From Octopus sinensis (Eukaryota), in the NCBI RefSeq assembly GCF_006345805.1, contig NW_021835575.1:1-26230 (forward strand): a stretch of DNA of 26,230 nucleotides. The letters are read 5' to 3'. Shown here piece by piece: positions 10,309 to 20,967 of this stretch (position 1 is the stretch's first letter; each line of letters begins with the position of its first letter). The translations under genes and the position numbers were made by a program. Below the pieces are notes generated by a model. That model did no database searches, was not told the DNA's origin, and was given only the letters and a program-made list of their open reading frames with translations.

Positions 10309-10470
10309 GAGAGTGCAAATTAAATGATAAAATCCAGATTGTACCTATGTGTAAAATATTTCGCCGAGGTCGAGTTTGAAGGTCAATAAAAGAAGTATTA
10401 GTCGAGTACTGGAGGCGCCGTAGTCGACTAGCCTCCTCCCACAAAATGTCAGGCCTTGTGTTGCCTACTG
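10309..10470 (+). repeat. Dispersed 140-bp repeat, copy 2, continuing into the SINE A short tail
   Basis: See 7692-7831; it continues CAAAATGTCAGGCCTTGTG like the tail at 5150-5170. Confidence 0.85.
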
Positions 10471-10872
10471 TAGGAGGGATAGGATATCTGTCAGAGGCAC
10501 GCATTGACCGACAACAAAATGTTATAGTCGTGTCTACTGTGTGTCTGACAATATATTCCTTGGTTGCGAATGAAAGTGCAAGGATGCGTGGCCGTTTGCG
10601 TGGGGATCGCATTTTATCGGTTAATATTCAATTCAATCAACCAATGTGCAATAGTTTGGCATGCAGCTGTCTTCGAGAATTTTGTCATACTCATTTTCGC
10701 CTTCTCTTCGTTGCATGGTATGTCATTTTAGATTTTGTTAATGATTTTCTAATAATTAATAAATATTTTTTTAAAAATATACAGCTCATAACACTAGCTG
10801 CTGTTCAGTATCTCTCGTATGATAATTAACAAGTACGACAATTATGATCGATTTTATCGTATATTTTCTTTA

Positions 10873-11051
10873 TATTGTGACAGTCACACTATTTCAATTG
10901 GTCGGAGTTTGAGCGTCAGTTTATTAGAGGTTGCCACACCATTGGGAGAAACACGGTACATATATAAAATATTACAAGCGTTGCCTTAAAAAGTACGAAA
11001 CTAAAGTTGAAAAATGTGCACGCTCAAAAGGGGTTACAGACTGTCATAATA
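10873..11051. mobile_element. Possible MITE (13-bp imperfect terminal inverted repeat)
   Basis: TATTGTGACAGTC (10873-10885) versus GACTGTCATAATA (11039-11051), 12/13 complementary, with TA at both outer ends. Confidence 0.4.
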
Positions 11052-11852
11052 AACCTTAAAAGTATGGGACTAGCATTGTTACTCAAAAATATTGGAATCC
11101 CTATATGCTGTACATTCTATGGCATCCTTTTATCACAAGAAATTTGTCTAGTTCATCGAAATTAATTTATATCAAAAATTAATTAGGTTAAATTATCGTA
11201 TACTCAATTTTAACAAAATAATTCTGTACAAATACTAATCTTATCTTTACGCAATAACTCAATCTAAGAATGATAATTTTTATAAATTTACAAGTAATCA
11301 ATCAAAAATGATTTAGTAATAATTAGTTTAATTTGCATAACTATTCCATTAATATGAGTATCATAATGCGAATTATCTTTGCCTATAATTATTTCGGTTT
11401 CGTACTTCCGCCGTTATATAGATTCGACTTCATAAATGCAGTTTTTTCTATTACCATGGTAATTTATACACAATGTGAAATATGTTTTTTTTATATACTT
11501 TGGTATGAAGAGTATTATAATGAATTTTCTTATTCGAAGTCAAAGATCATATTTTGTACATTTTCAAATTTCTATATTAAGAACTCGGTTCAAAAATTAT
11601 CCTGACATCGTAATTCACACGTGGGTCTCTTTTCGTTTTAAGATGCCACAGAATGTACAACATATAGGGATTCCAATATTTTCGGCAACAATGCTAGCCC
11701 CATAATTTTTAAGGTTTATTATGACATTCTGTAATCCTATTGAGCATGCGCTATGGAGATTCAATAGAATAAAAACAGAAATCAAAAATGGCCGAGAACC
11801 ATTGAGTTAGAGCGTCGATCAATATGGCTGCAGTATTTAATTACGCATAATT

Positions 11853-11925
11853 ACATTCTGAGTTCAATTCTTGCCGACTTCAACTGCGCCTTTATCCCAC
11901 CATGGTCGATACAATAAAATACCAC
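11853..11925 (+). mobile_element. Highly diverged SINE A fragment
   Basis: ACATTCTGAGTTCAATTCTTGCCGACTTCAACTGCGCCTTTATCCC…GGTCGAT. Confidence 0.6.
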
Positions 11926-12015
11926 CATCCAAGTATTTGAGTTCTATTTAACGCTATAGAACGCCGTAGATGTGAATGGAATCATAAGACATAATGATGT
12001 AGACATAAGTCTACC

Positions 12016-12214
12016 TTATCGAAAGTGTCCTTTCTTTTTTTATATCTATATTTATAAGATGGTATAGTGAGATTTGAGGGAGATTTGGTTGCTATTTTTA
12101 GTGACTCCTGCATTATCGAAAGTGTCCTTTCTTTTATTTTTTATCTATATTTATAAGATGGCATAGTGAGATTCGAGGGAGATTTGGTTGCTATTTTTAG
12201 TGACTCCTGCATTA
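12016..12214. repeat. Tandem duplication with 97-99-bp units
   Basis: TTATCGAAAGTGTCC…GACTCCTGCA starts at 12016 and 12113 and is near-identical. Confidence 0.95.
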
Positions 12215-12734
12215 GTTTGAAGACATCCTGTTTTGTGAGAGATGGTGAATAACTTCTAGAGAAATTACATTTTTGCAAGTAGTTTTATCAAGATAAAATT
12301 AAATGAAACACTATACACGATCGCTAAACAGTTACGTATATGAAAAGATATTCAATATTTTTAACATATTCATAACCATATCAATATGTTAAAATGCATT
12401 AAGTATTCTTTCACATATGATTTTCCCGTACATGAAAAGATATTCACGATGTATAACATTTATAAATACATAAATTTCTTATAACATTTAAACTTGGTTT
12501 CATATATATAGAGCACTTTGGTTATTTTTGTTGATTTAATGGGAGATTTAAATATTGAACATGCCATCATTTACTAGTTATTGAAAAAAAAAGTTAAACG
12601 AAATGAATATATGATGATGGGTAATATTTCCGTCTTGCAATCGTTTGTTGTTGACTGTATATGGACGGAAGCTGGTTTCGCAACTGCTTTGCTCTGCATG
12701 CGATCCCACTACGCGTCATCTTGGGAATAATACC

Positions 12735-13333
12735 TATTTCTTTACTACCCACAAGGGGGCTAAACACAGAGAGGACAAACAAGGACAGACAAACGGATTA
12801 AGTAAATTATATCGACCCCAGTGCGTAACTGGTGCTTAATTTAATCAACCTCGGAAGGATGAAAGGCAAAGTCGACCTCGGCAGAATTTGAACTCAGAAC
12901 GTAGCGGCAGACGAATACCTATTCTTTACTATCCACAAGGGGCTAAACACAGAGAGGACAAACAAGGACAGACAACGGATTAAGTCGATTACATCGACCC
13001 CAGTGCGTAACTGGTACTTATTTAATCGACCCCGAAAGGATGAAAGGTAAAGTCGACCTCAGCAGAATTTGAACTCAGAACGTAACGGCAGACGGAATAC
13101 CTATTTCTTTACTACCCACAAGGGGCTAAACACAGAGAGGACAAACAAGGACAGACAAACGGATTAAGTCGATTATATCGACCCCAGTGCGTAACTGGTA
13201 CTTATTTAATCGACCCCGAAAGGATGAAAGGCAAAGTCGACCTTGGCGGAATTTGAACTCAGAACGTAACGGCAGACGAAGTTACCGTTAAGCATTTCGC
13301 TCGGCGTGCTAACGTTTCTGCCAGCTCGCCGCA
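12735..13333 (-). mobile_element. SINE family A trimer (head + 3 units of 182-185 bp) with a 17-bp TSD
   Basis: TCTTGGGAATAATACCT at 12719-12735 and 13336-13352; unit junctions TACC at 12731, 12916, 13098 and 13283. Confidence 0.95.
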
Positions 13334-13577
13334 TTTCTTGGGAATAATACCTTTTATGAAAGAGCCAGATAGATCAAAGCCGTATTAGTGAAATTTGGTA
13401 ACCGCTATGTGGAAGTTTGTCTGGTTGACTGTTTCTGTTCTGGAATGGTAGGTTTTATCCAACATCCGATTTAACACCACCAAGTGACCACTATGTATGT
13501 TTAGTGGAGTACACAGCATTGTAACATTCGGGGCCAGTTCTTCGGTCTGCAGCCACTCCCTTACTCTCAGCAATCAG

Positions 13578-13885
13578 TGGAGGCACATGGCCTAATGGTT
13601 AGAGCAGAGAACTCACGGTCAAGGGAGCGCGGGTTCGAATCTCAGACGATGTATGTGTATTTATGAGCAAAACGCTTAATCTCCACGCTGCTCCGGCAGA
13701 AGGTAATGGCAAACCTCTGCTGACTCTTTCGTCACAACTTTCTCTCACCTCTTTCCTCTTGCATTTTGCAGCTCACCTGCGACGGACCGGCGTCCCATCC
13801 AATTGGGAACCAATACGCCAAGGAAACTGGGAAACCGGCCCTTATGAGCCAGGCATGGCTCGAGAAGGAACAAACAAAAACAAAA
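13578..13885 (+). mobile_element. SINE family B, tail type 2 (V-domain-like) ending in (CAAA)n
   Basis: Head TGGAGGCACATGGCCTAATGGTTAGAGCAG…GGGTTCGAATCTC. TSD ACT(C/G)TCAGCAATC at 13563-13575 and 13885-13897 (12/13). Confidence 0.88.
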
Positions 13886-14231
13886 CTGTCAGCAATCGTT
13901 GATACACCAAAAAGGTACTTCAACTAAGGCATTAAAAGGGAAGTTAAAAATTTGTTTTACACGTTTATCTATAGTATCACATAAGAAAAAAATTGCCTTA
14001 CTTCAATTACAATTATAAGAGATATCTTCTGTGTGACACGTTCAATCGTGAAGCAACATTATCTATAAAGCCTTGGAATGGAAATATAATCGTAAACTTA
14101 ATATTGTTTTCATGACTTTGAAGGAAGTAGGAAACATCTCCCCCGTAACATAACGATATCTATTAGGCAGCTAATGATGGAAATATATTTGATATGCTTG
14201 TTCGTGAATCTTATACATCATGTGGTCCTAC

Positions 14232-14671
14232 TATTGAGAGAGTCATCTCCACCATGTGAAGTCGCAGCCGACCGGCGAACAAGCTAAACACATACATTGA
14301 GCAGGTATATTCGATAATGTTTGCAACTCTCGCGCTACCCCTAATTCATATTCGAATATGAATTACGCGTGCATCGTTCGAGTATAGCAGCAGATGGTTT
14401 TTATACAACTTAACATATACCATGGATAGGCTATTCAACTTCTCCCCGGTTCTATTCGGGTACGTGATGTTGATAAGCCACAAAAATGGTGTACCATCCA
14501 TGTCCATCACCCATGGATGGAACCTGGAGTGAGTTGTTTCGCCTGCCTATGACTTTCAGATATTTTAATACACAGCACATTGAGAGTTATCTCCACTGTG
14601 TCAAATCGCAGCCGATTGGCGAAAAAGCAAAGCAAGTACATTGAATGTGTGTGGCCGCTTCTAATTCATAT

Positions 14672-14680
<9 letters not shown>
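14232..14680. repeat. Two diverged direct repeats (~14232-14360 and ~14579-14680) containing palindromes
   Basis: Shared blocks ATTGAGAG, ATCTCCAC, TCGCAGCCGA..GGCGAA.AAGC, TACATTGA and CTAATTCATATT(C/T)GAATAT occur in the same order. Confidence 0.75.
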
Positions 14681-14744
<64 letters not shown>

Positions 14745-14749
<5 letters not shown>

Positions 14750-15056
14750 CGTGATCACCGTGACCGACCAGGCTATCAGATGTTGCTACATATCGCTGGT
14801 CACAATGCGCTTCGCATTGTTTTAGCCTTCAAATGACGCCACCCCGCTGGCTAAGCGAGCAGGCCAACAGAAGAAAAAGTGAGAGAAAGTTGGGGCGAAA
14901 GAGTACAACAAGGGTCGCCACCACCCCCTGCTGGAGCCTCGTGAAGCTTTAGGTGTTTTCACTCAATAAACACTCACAACGCCCGGTCTGGGAATCGAAA
15001 CCAGGATCCTACGACCGCAAGTTCGCTGCCCTAACCATCGGGCCATTGCGCCTCCA
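14745..15056 (-). mobile_element. SINE family B, tail type 3 ending in (CACGGTGAT)2
   Basis: Head and body nearly identical to 8530-8714; unrelated 3' part; lies between (TA)n and (CA)n. Confidence 0.92.
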
Positions 15057-15066
15057 CACACACACA

Positions 15067-15146
<80 letters not shown>

Positions 15147-15345
15147 GTACATGCATATATACATACATACACACATACATAGTACGTACATACACACATA
15201 CATGCATACACACACACACACATATATATGTACATACATACATACATACATACATACATACATACATACATACATACATACATACATACATACATAGTAC
15301 GTACGTACACACATATATGCATACACACATATATACACGCATACA
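15057..15345. repeat. (CA)n/(CATA)n microsatellites
   Basis: Read directly. Confidence 0.95.
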
Positions 15346-15899
15346 TAAATTATCGCATCACATGGATAAGTATTTGTCCAGTCAAACCATCTCAAAGTTC
15401 CTTCACTTGGCAGATTTTCTCGAGGATAAATACAGTTTATATTCAGATGTAATAAATTAACAAACTTTACATCACACACGAACTATATTCATTTAAATTA
15501 TCAAATCTAATTTTCAATATCGAATTAAAACAAATGATTTATAACTAATTACTATTTATATTTATTCCAATACATAACCGACAGTTATCGTGACGTCATT
15601 GATAATTCAATTCAATGATAAACTTAGCTGTATCGTCTGCTATTTCTATAACCAGGGGCTTTTTACGTGTGAATTCATGCGCCAAGCCCAGTCTAGTTGA
15701 CCGCGCTACATGTCACGTCGTATCTATTCTTGCGCCGGTCACAAACTAAACCTTATTGTAATAAATTTATTAAGGAATATAATGAAATTTATGTCCGATT
15801 TATTAAGAGACTACAATGGTTGTTAAATATAGCGAGGTTAAATGGATATCGATTAGCTAATACATAGTTATACAAGTAGCGTGAAACTAAGTAATTCTG

Positions 15900-16335
15900 G
15901 CTGTCTGCGTATGTCTGCGTATGTCTGCGTATGTGTGTCAACGTCTTCTTATGAGTGTGCGTATTATTTGTGTGCATGTGTGTCTATGCGAAAATGAGTG
16001 CGTGTGTGTGTGTATGCGTGCGTGCATGTATGTGTGTGTGTGTGTGTGTGTGCGTTCGCTCTTGTGTGCGATTGTTTGTGTGATTGAAATACATAGAGTG
16101 GGATATTTGAAACAACGGTGTCAAATGCAAACGTTACATTATTTAAACTCATTAATCTAATTCTGTAAATACACGTATAACGCGTAAACACACAGACACA
16201 CAAACACACACAGGCACACACACACGCGCGCACATACATACTCGTGCGCGTACACATACACAAGTGCATACATAGAAACACACACTCACACTCACACACA
16301 TATACACACACACACGCACGCACACACACATACAC
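15900..16335. repeat. TG-rich and CA-rich low-complexity tracts around a short unique spacer
   Basis: Read directly. Confidence 0.85.
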
Positions 16336-16565
16336 ACAATATTTAGAGCTGCAACCGAGAGAAATGTACTCAATGCATATAACAGAGTTTGTTTATTTGA
16401 ATAACTTCAATAATTCGCTTCTCAGCAATTCGGAGTTTCACGTAACGCGATCTTACAGGCTGTCGTCGTAGGCTTTTGCTTCATCAACTGTTTTTTGGGG
16501 GTGAAGGATTTTTGCCCCTTCCAACAGAACAGCCCTGTCCAACGGCACCAAGCAGTATTTATTCT

Positions 16566-16980
16566 TATTTCTTTATTGCCCACAAGGGGCTAAACATAGA
16601 GGGGACAAACAAGGACAGACAAAGGGATTAAGTCGATTGCATCGACCCCAGTGCGTAACTGGTACTTAATTTATCGACCCCGAAAGGATGAAAGACAAAG
16701 TCGACCTCGGCGGAATTTGAACTCAGAACGTAATGGCAGACGAAATACCTATTTCTTTATTACCCACAAGGGGCTAAACATAGAGGGGACAAACAAGGAC
16801 AGACCAAGCGATTAAGTCGATTACATCGACCCAGTGCGTAACTGGTACTTAATTTATCGACCCCGAAAGGATGAAAGGCAAAGTCGACCACGGCGGAATT
16901 TGAACTCAGAACGTAACGGCAGACGAAATACCGCTAAGCATTTCGCCCGGCGTGCTAACGTTTCTGCCAGCTCGTCGCCT
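16566..16980 (-). mobile_element. SINE family A dimer (183-bp period) with a probable 11-bp TSD
   Basis: Junctions at 16746 and 16929; GT(A/G)TTTATTCT at 16555-16565 and 16982-16992. Confidence 0.93.
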
Positions 16981-17562
16981 TGTGTTTATTCTACCAAGGA
17001 ATGTCCCTTGTTCTTTTGACCAAACTTTCTTTGAGGGCCAAACTGGACAGGAAAGAGCTCACTGCTTCATCTCCAGTCCTCCAAGCAACCACTTTATGAA
17101 ATCAGAGGAGGCAGCTTCGCCCACCCAGCAGTCATTTTATATCAATAAGTTCCGAGTATTTATTTTTCACTCTTAGCTTTCGTTTGTTTTCTCTGGCACC
17201 CGCCCGCCTTATCCATAATGAATCATTCTCCACTTCCTTCTACAATTAATAATGTGTGTGTGTGTACGCGTGCACGCGCATTGTGTTTGTGTGCGGGTGT
17301 GTTAACTTATGCACCTGCATTCCAGAAGAGCTGCAAGCTTCTTCGCAGAACGGTAAGTTTTGCGGTGCAGTTTCGAATGCCAAATGAACAATTTCATTAA
17401 ACACGCTAATTGCGTCTCGTCCTCTGGAGGAGATGTTTTGCTGTCGCTCATTTGCAGCGAGAGAGTCTCCTTTCGTTTTGGCAACGTTAAATGACGTAAA
17501 TACGAACTCAGAAGACGTCTTTGCAAAGATGAATGATGTAAATAGGTCCTTAGATGACATGA

Positions 17563-17798
17563 GGCGGCGAGCTGGCAGAAACGTTAGCACGCCGGGTGAA
17601 ATGCGTTGTGGTATTTCGTCTGCCGTTACGTTCTGAGTTCAAATTCCGCCGAGGTCGACTTTGCCTTTCATCCTTTCGGGGTCGATTAAATAAGTACCAG
17701 TTACGCACTGGGGTCGATGTAATCGACTTAATCCATTTGTCTGTCCTTGTTTGTCCTCTCTGTGTTTAGCCCCCTTGTGGGTAACAAAGAAATAGGTA
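17563..17798 (+). mobile_element. SINE family A monomer
   Basis: Full head to AAAGAAATAGGTA end; flanking repeat AAATAGGT(C/A)CTT(A/T)GATGAC at 17540-17558 and 17790-17808. Confidence 0.95.
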
Positions 17799-17845
17799 CT
17801 TTGATGACTCCCCTATTATAATTCACTTAGATGACAAAAGTGAAA

Positions 17846-17985
17846 GCACGTGGCACTATGGTTACAGTGTTCTGTTCACGATCATTCACTCATATGTTCG
17901 ATTCTCGAATGGGCAGCGCGTTGTGCCCTTGAGAGAAAAGCATTACATTTCACGTTACTTTAGCATATTCAGCTGCAAATGAATA
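17846..17985 (+). mobile_element. Old tRNA-derived SINE fragment (family D)
   Basis: GCACGTGGCACTATGGTTA (A-box-like)…TGTTCGATTCTC (B-box-like)…GCGTTGTGCCCTTGAG (CORE-like). Confidence 0.6.
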
Positions 17986-18579
17986 TCAGTGATATCTGAG
18001 AGTTAAATTCGAGACGGACTGATATCCCGTTTAGAGGACGTAATATTTTATTCTCGGCTTAAACGCATAAAAAATACATGCGATCTTCGGTTTCATGAGC
18101 CTGTAGGTTTCGAGACAGACTATATTACTAAATCAGTCTTTTTGTTCTATTAAGTGAGAGGAAACAAGCAGCTTCTTTGACTGTTTCCAGGCCCTCTAGG
18201 ACTTGTGGGAGGAAGGGAGGACGGTAGTTTTTACCTGAGACTTACAATGGATAATTGCGACCGAGTAAGCTCAATCCGCTCAAGGCACCTAATTATGTGC
18301 CATACAGAGGTGCTGAATCGGGTAACGTTTTAAATCGGTCATAAAGAAAGAGTAGGAACGATCCAATCTGGCAGGTTTCCGTACCGTTTCTTTCTATGAT
18401 AATACAAGGCTATATAAAGAAGTATATTTCCATGATGCCGTGCACTGAGATCAAATCTGAAACCATATCTGACTTTGCAATGCAACCTTGTTAACAACGC
18501 AATAATGTTTGGATCCTTGAAAACATTAAACCCACCTACAGTAAAAAAACATCATCAGCCTCTTTAAATATCACATTAA

Positions 18580-19450
18580 GTGATTAAATCTAAGTAATTA
18601 GTTGTTAAATGTGTGAATCAAGCAGTGATAAGATATAAACAATTGAGCCCGTGTTAGTCGTGGGAACGTAGCAGTGATAAGATATAAACAATTGAGCCCG
18701 TGTTAGTCGTGGGAACGTAGCAGTGATAAGATATAAACAATTGAGCCCGTGTTAGTCGTGGGAACGTAGCAGTGATAAGATATAAACAATTGAGCCCGTG
18801 TTAGTCGTGGGAACGTAGCGGTGGTTAAATTTAACCAACTGAGAGATGACGGATATAGGAACCAGTAGTGGTTTAATTCAAACAACTGTAAGATATCAGC
18901 CTCGTGAACTAACAACTGAGCGGTAATAGCAAATAAGGTGGTGGGCTGGCAGAAACGTTAGCACGCCGGGCGAAATGCTTAGCGGTATTTCGTCTGCTGT
19001 TACGTTCTGAGTTCAAATCCGCCGAGGTCGACTTTGCCTTTCATCCTTTTGGGGTCGATTAAATAAGTACCAGTTACGCACTGGGGTCGATATAATCGAC
19101 TTAATCCGTTTGTCTGTCCTTGTTTGTCCTCTCTGTGTTTAGCCCCTTGTGGGTAGTAAAGAAATAGGTAATAGCAAATTGATCCAACCAGTGATTAAAT
19201 TTAAGAAATTGAGTGATGTCAGTCCTGTGAGCCAATCAGTGGTTAAATATAAAGAATTGGGTGTTATCAGCCGTGGGAGCTTACCGGTGGTAAAATATAA
19301 GCAACTGAGGGATGTCAGTCACGTGAATGAACCAGTGGTTAAATGTAAGCAATTGAGAGATGCCAAGTGCACCAAAGAACCAGCAGTGAAATCCAAATAA
19401 TTTATTGGTGTCTACTACGTTAAATAATAAGTGTTTAAATCTAAACAGGC
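18580..19450 (+). repeat. 48/49-bp minisatellite array: four perfect 49-bp units at 18622-18817 plus degenerate 48-bp units on both sides, interrupted by SINE A
   Basis: Perfect units start at 18622, 18671, 18720 and 18769; 48-bp units at ~19188-19430 translate as 16-aa repeats. Confidence 0.9.
18937..19170 (+). mobile_element. SINE family A monomer with a 13-bp TSD
   Basis: GGTAATAGCAAAT at 18922-18934 and 19167-19179. Confidence 0.95.
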
Positions 19451-19829
19451 AATTCTTTTAACTTAGAATGTAAAATAATTAACCAATTATCAGACACATC
19501 TAAGGAAGTCAGACAATAATGAAAAAAATCAAAAAAATCAGCCGAAACCCAAACGTGTTTCCATCAAACTTGAGTTGAATACAACACATTGAAAACCTAT
19601 GGATCAGACGATGATGATGATGATGATGATATTAATAATAATAATAATAACAATAACAACAACAATAACAACAACTAACAGTGATGCTGATATTCATAAA
19701 AGATGAAACCATAATCAAATTTAATTAAATTTCTATATATAAAATATTTCAATATATTCGTCTTTATGCTTCTAGTTTTATGATTTATTCTACTTTCTGT
19801 AAATCACCACTCCTCTTCTTCCTCTCGAA

Positions 19830-19831
19830 CG

Positions 19832-19884
<53 letters not shown>

Positions 19885-19897
19885 CACCACCACCACC

Positions 19898-19932
<35 letters not shown>

Positions 19933-20720
19933 ACTACTACTACTACTTTTTCACACTTCTCTCATCCTTCTTCATTCGTTCTCTTCATAATTATGATAAT
20001 GTCGTTCGACATTACCATAATCATTATCGTCGTCGTCGTCCACCCCCACCCACTTCTCCCTCCTCGTTACCGACGTCATCATCATCGCCATCATTACTAT
20101 TCTCATTATCGTCAAAAACATCTTCCTCCTCCTCCTCCCTCCTCCCTCCTCCTCCTCCTCATCATCATCATCGTCATCGTCATCGTCATCATCATCATCA
20201 CCATCACCATCACCATCATCACCATCATCATCGTCATCATCATCACCACCATCATCATCACCATCACCATCATCACCATCATCATCGTCATCATCATCAT
20301 CACCACCACCATCATCATCACCATCACCATCATCACCATCATCATCGTCATCATCATCATCACCACCACCATCATCATCACCATCACCATCATCATCATC
20401 ATCATCATCATCATCGTTCTCAGCATCACCGCTGCGTGGTCGGATGCCGTAGCCGTCGTCGCTGCCACGACGACCACTGCCTTGACAACGTCGACGACTA
20501 CGATGACGACGCCGCCGACCACGACCACCACCATGACCACCGCCACCACCGCCACCACCGCCACCACTCTTGTCTTCTTTCTCTTGCCATTGCATCTATT
20601 TATTCTTGCTGCTATTGCTGTTGCTGCTGCTTTTAATTCTTGCCACTGATGTTTATGTTCTTGCTATTGCTGCTGCTTTTGCTTTGGTTGGTGTTGTTAT
20701 TGTTGTTGTTGTTGTTGCAC
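19830..20720. repeat. Compound trinucleotide arrays (TAC, CAC, CAT, CCT, CGT, GCT/GTT) with ~60-bp higher-order units at ~20230-20400
   Basis: Lines 20281-20340 and 20341-20400 are near-identical. Confidence 0.92.
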
Positions 20721-20967
20721 TTCTCGTTGACTTGTGTTGCTGTTCTATGAGATATTAATTTCTAATTATCTTTCGCGTTCCGCCGTCCTACAATAACAAC
20801 ACAGAATGTACGAGAATGAAGCTTACCGACTTCTAAAAGGACCAACAATCTCTCAACAAACTCATTTAATAGGACAAAGTGTGAAGAAGCTAAAAATAAC
20901 CACCACAACAAACACCCACACTAAATATATATAGAATGCATACCAAGAAGAAGAAGAAGAAGAAGGG

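Noticed and set aside
10446-10829. 127-aa ORF
   Set aside because: It starts inside a SINE-derived tail, has no recognisable motif, and its 3' part is AT-rich and non-coding-like.
16952-17636. ORFs of 60-114 aa in the unique island between two SINEs
   Set aside because: They begin or end in SINE or microsatellite sequence and no frame gave a recognisable domain. A small real exon cannot be excluded without RNA data.
18622-18817. CRISPR-like array of identical repeats
   Set aside because: The 49-bp units are contiguous with no unique spacers, there are no cas genes, and the context is eukaryotic. It is a minisatellite.
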